Shown: positions 63,273-64,000 of the stretch, piece by piece
Position numbering within the stretch: the first letter of the stretch is position 1
Layout of the letters: each line of letters begins with the position of its first letter
DNA from: Octopus sinensis
Taxonomy: Eukaryota
Direction: 5' to 3'
Assembly: GCF_006345805.1 (NCBI RefSeq)
Contig: NC_043008.1
Location: 25,916,001 to 25,980,000, forward strand
DNA length: 64,000 bases
Position numbers and translations under genes: made by a program
The notes under the pieces: generated by a model
What the model was told of the DNA's origin: nothing
What the model saw: the letters and a program-made list of their open reading frames with translations, nothing else
Databases searched by the model: none

Positions 63273-63923
63273 TACTGTATTTTAATACAATATCAATAAA
63301 AGAGGCTACTACGTCATGCACATCTGCACAGCAGAGTTAGTATGTATGTGTTTAAAATACTTATGTGTTGATATATATATATGTATATATATGAAGTTTG
63401 TATATATGTTTGTGTGATGAAGTTGTTTAATAAGTAGCAAACTAATACATGTATTAGAGTTAACATGAGCCAGGTCAGCAACAGAAAAAATGGTTTGTGT
63501 GTGTTACTCAAAAAAGGAATATTTTTATATCCTCAACTCTTTGAAAGCACAAAGTGTTCGTAATGTCACAATGTGATGCCTATTGTGGAACAACACAATG
63601 CCTGCTTTGTTCAAGCTATGACATGTATGAGATATCAACGTTCATGCATATTCACACACATGCACACATGCACACATACACTCACACACACATGCAAACA
63701 TGCATGCATAGATTTGTGTGTGTGTGTGTGTATGTATAAAACCATCTGCAATTTCTGTAATCCAAATTCTCTTAAAAAGAATTGGTTGGGTCAGGAATAT
63801 ATTAAAAGAAACTAATGCAAAACCAAACCCAAAACTAGCTGTTTCCAATGCATATTTCTTAACCATAAAGCTATGCAAGTGCCAACGTAGATATATATAT
63901 ATATATATATATAAGTATATATA

Positions 63924-64000
63924 GGGAGAATTCACAAAAAAGAAAAGCAAAAGATGAAGACATGTGGTGTAGAAAACAAACAGATGTATTAGTTTAATGC
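63924..64000 (-). mobile_element. End of a second copy of the Penelope pLTR (runs off the window)
   Basis: 'gggagaattcacaaaaa...gtggtgtagaaaacaaacagatgtattag' matches 6427-6490 and again abuts a microsatellite. Confidence 0.8.

Overview
This is AT-rich eukaryotic (animal) DNA with no recognisable host protein-coding exon, so it is most likely a large intron or intergenic region. The repeat landscape resembles what I recall for octopus/cephalopod genomes (inference, not verified). It has dense (TA)n/(TG)n/(GATA)n/(TAA)n microsatellites and several tRNA-derived SINE families. The window also contains many transposable elements: a near full-length Neptune-type Penelope-like element (RT + GIY-YIG), several short Penelope-type inverted-repeat remnants, RTE LINEs, two R4/Dong-type RLE LINE fragments next to (TAA)n, an L1/Tx1 fragment, mariner, maT (DD37D), pogo, Chapaev3-like and Helitron relics. 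Two observations stand out. First, there is a set of minimal type-I hammerhead ribozyme motifs in the Penelope-type remnants, including an intact-looking U3:A8 covariant at 6064-6106(-). Second, a complete Cys4-His-Cys3 PHD-type zinc finger is inserted inside the reverse transcriptase of a young RTE LINE (38759-38896). Most short ORFs in the supplied track are microsatellite or antisense artefacts. Boundaries of degraded elements are approximate.
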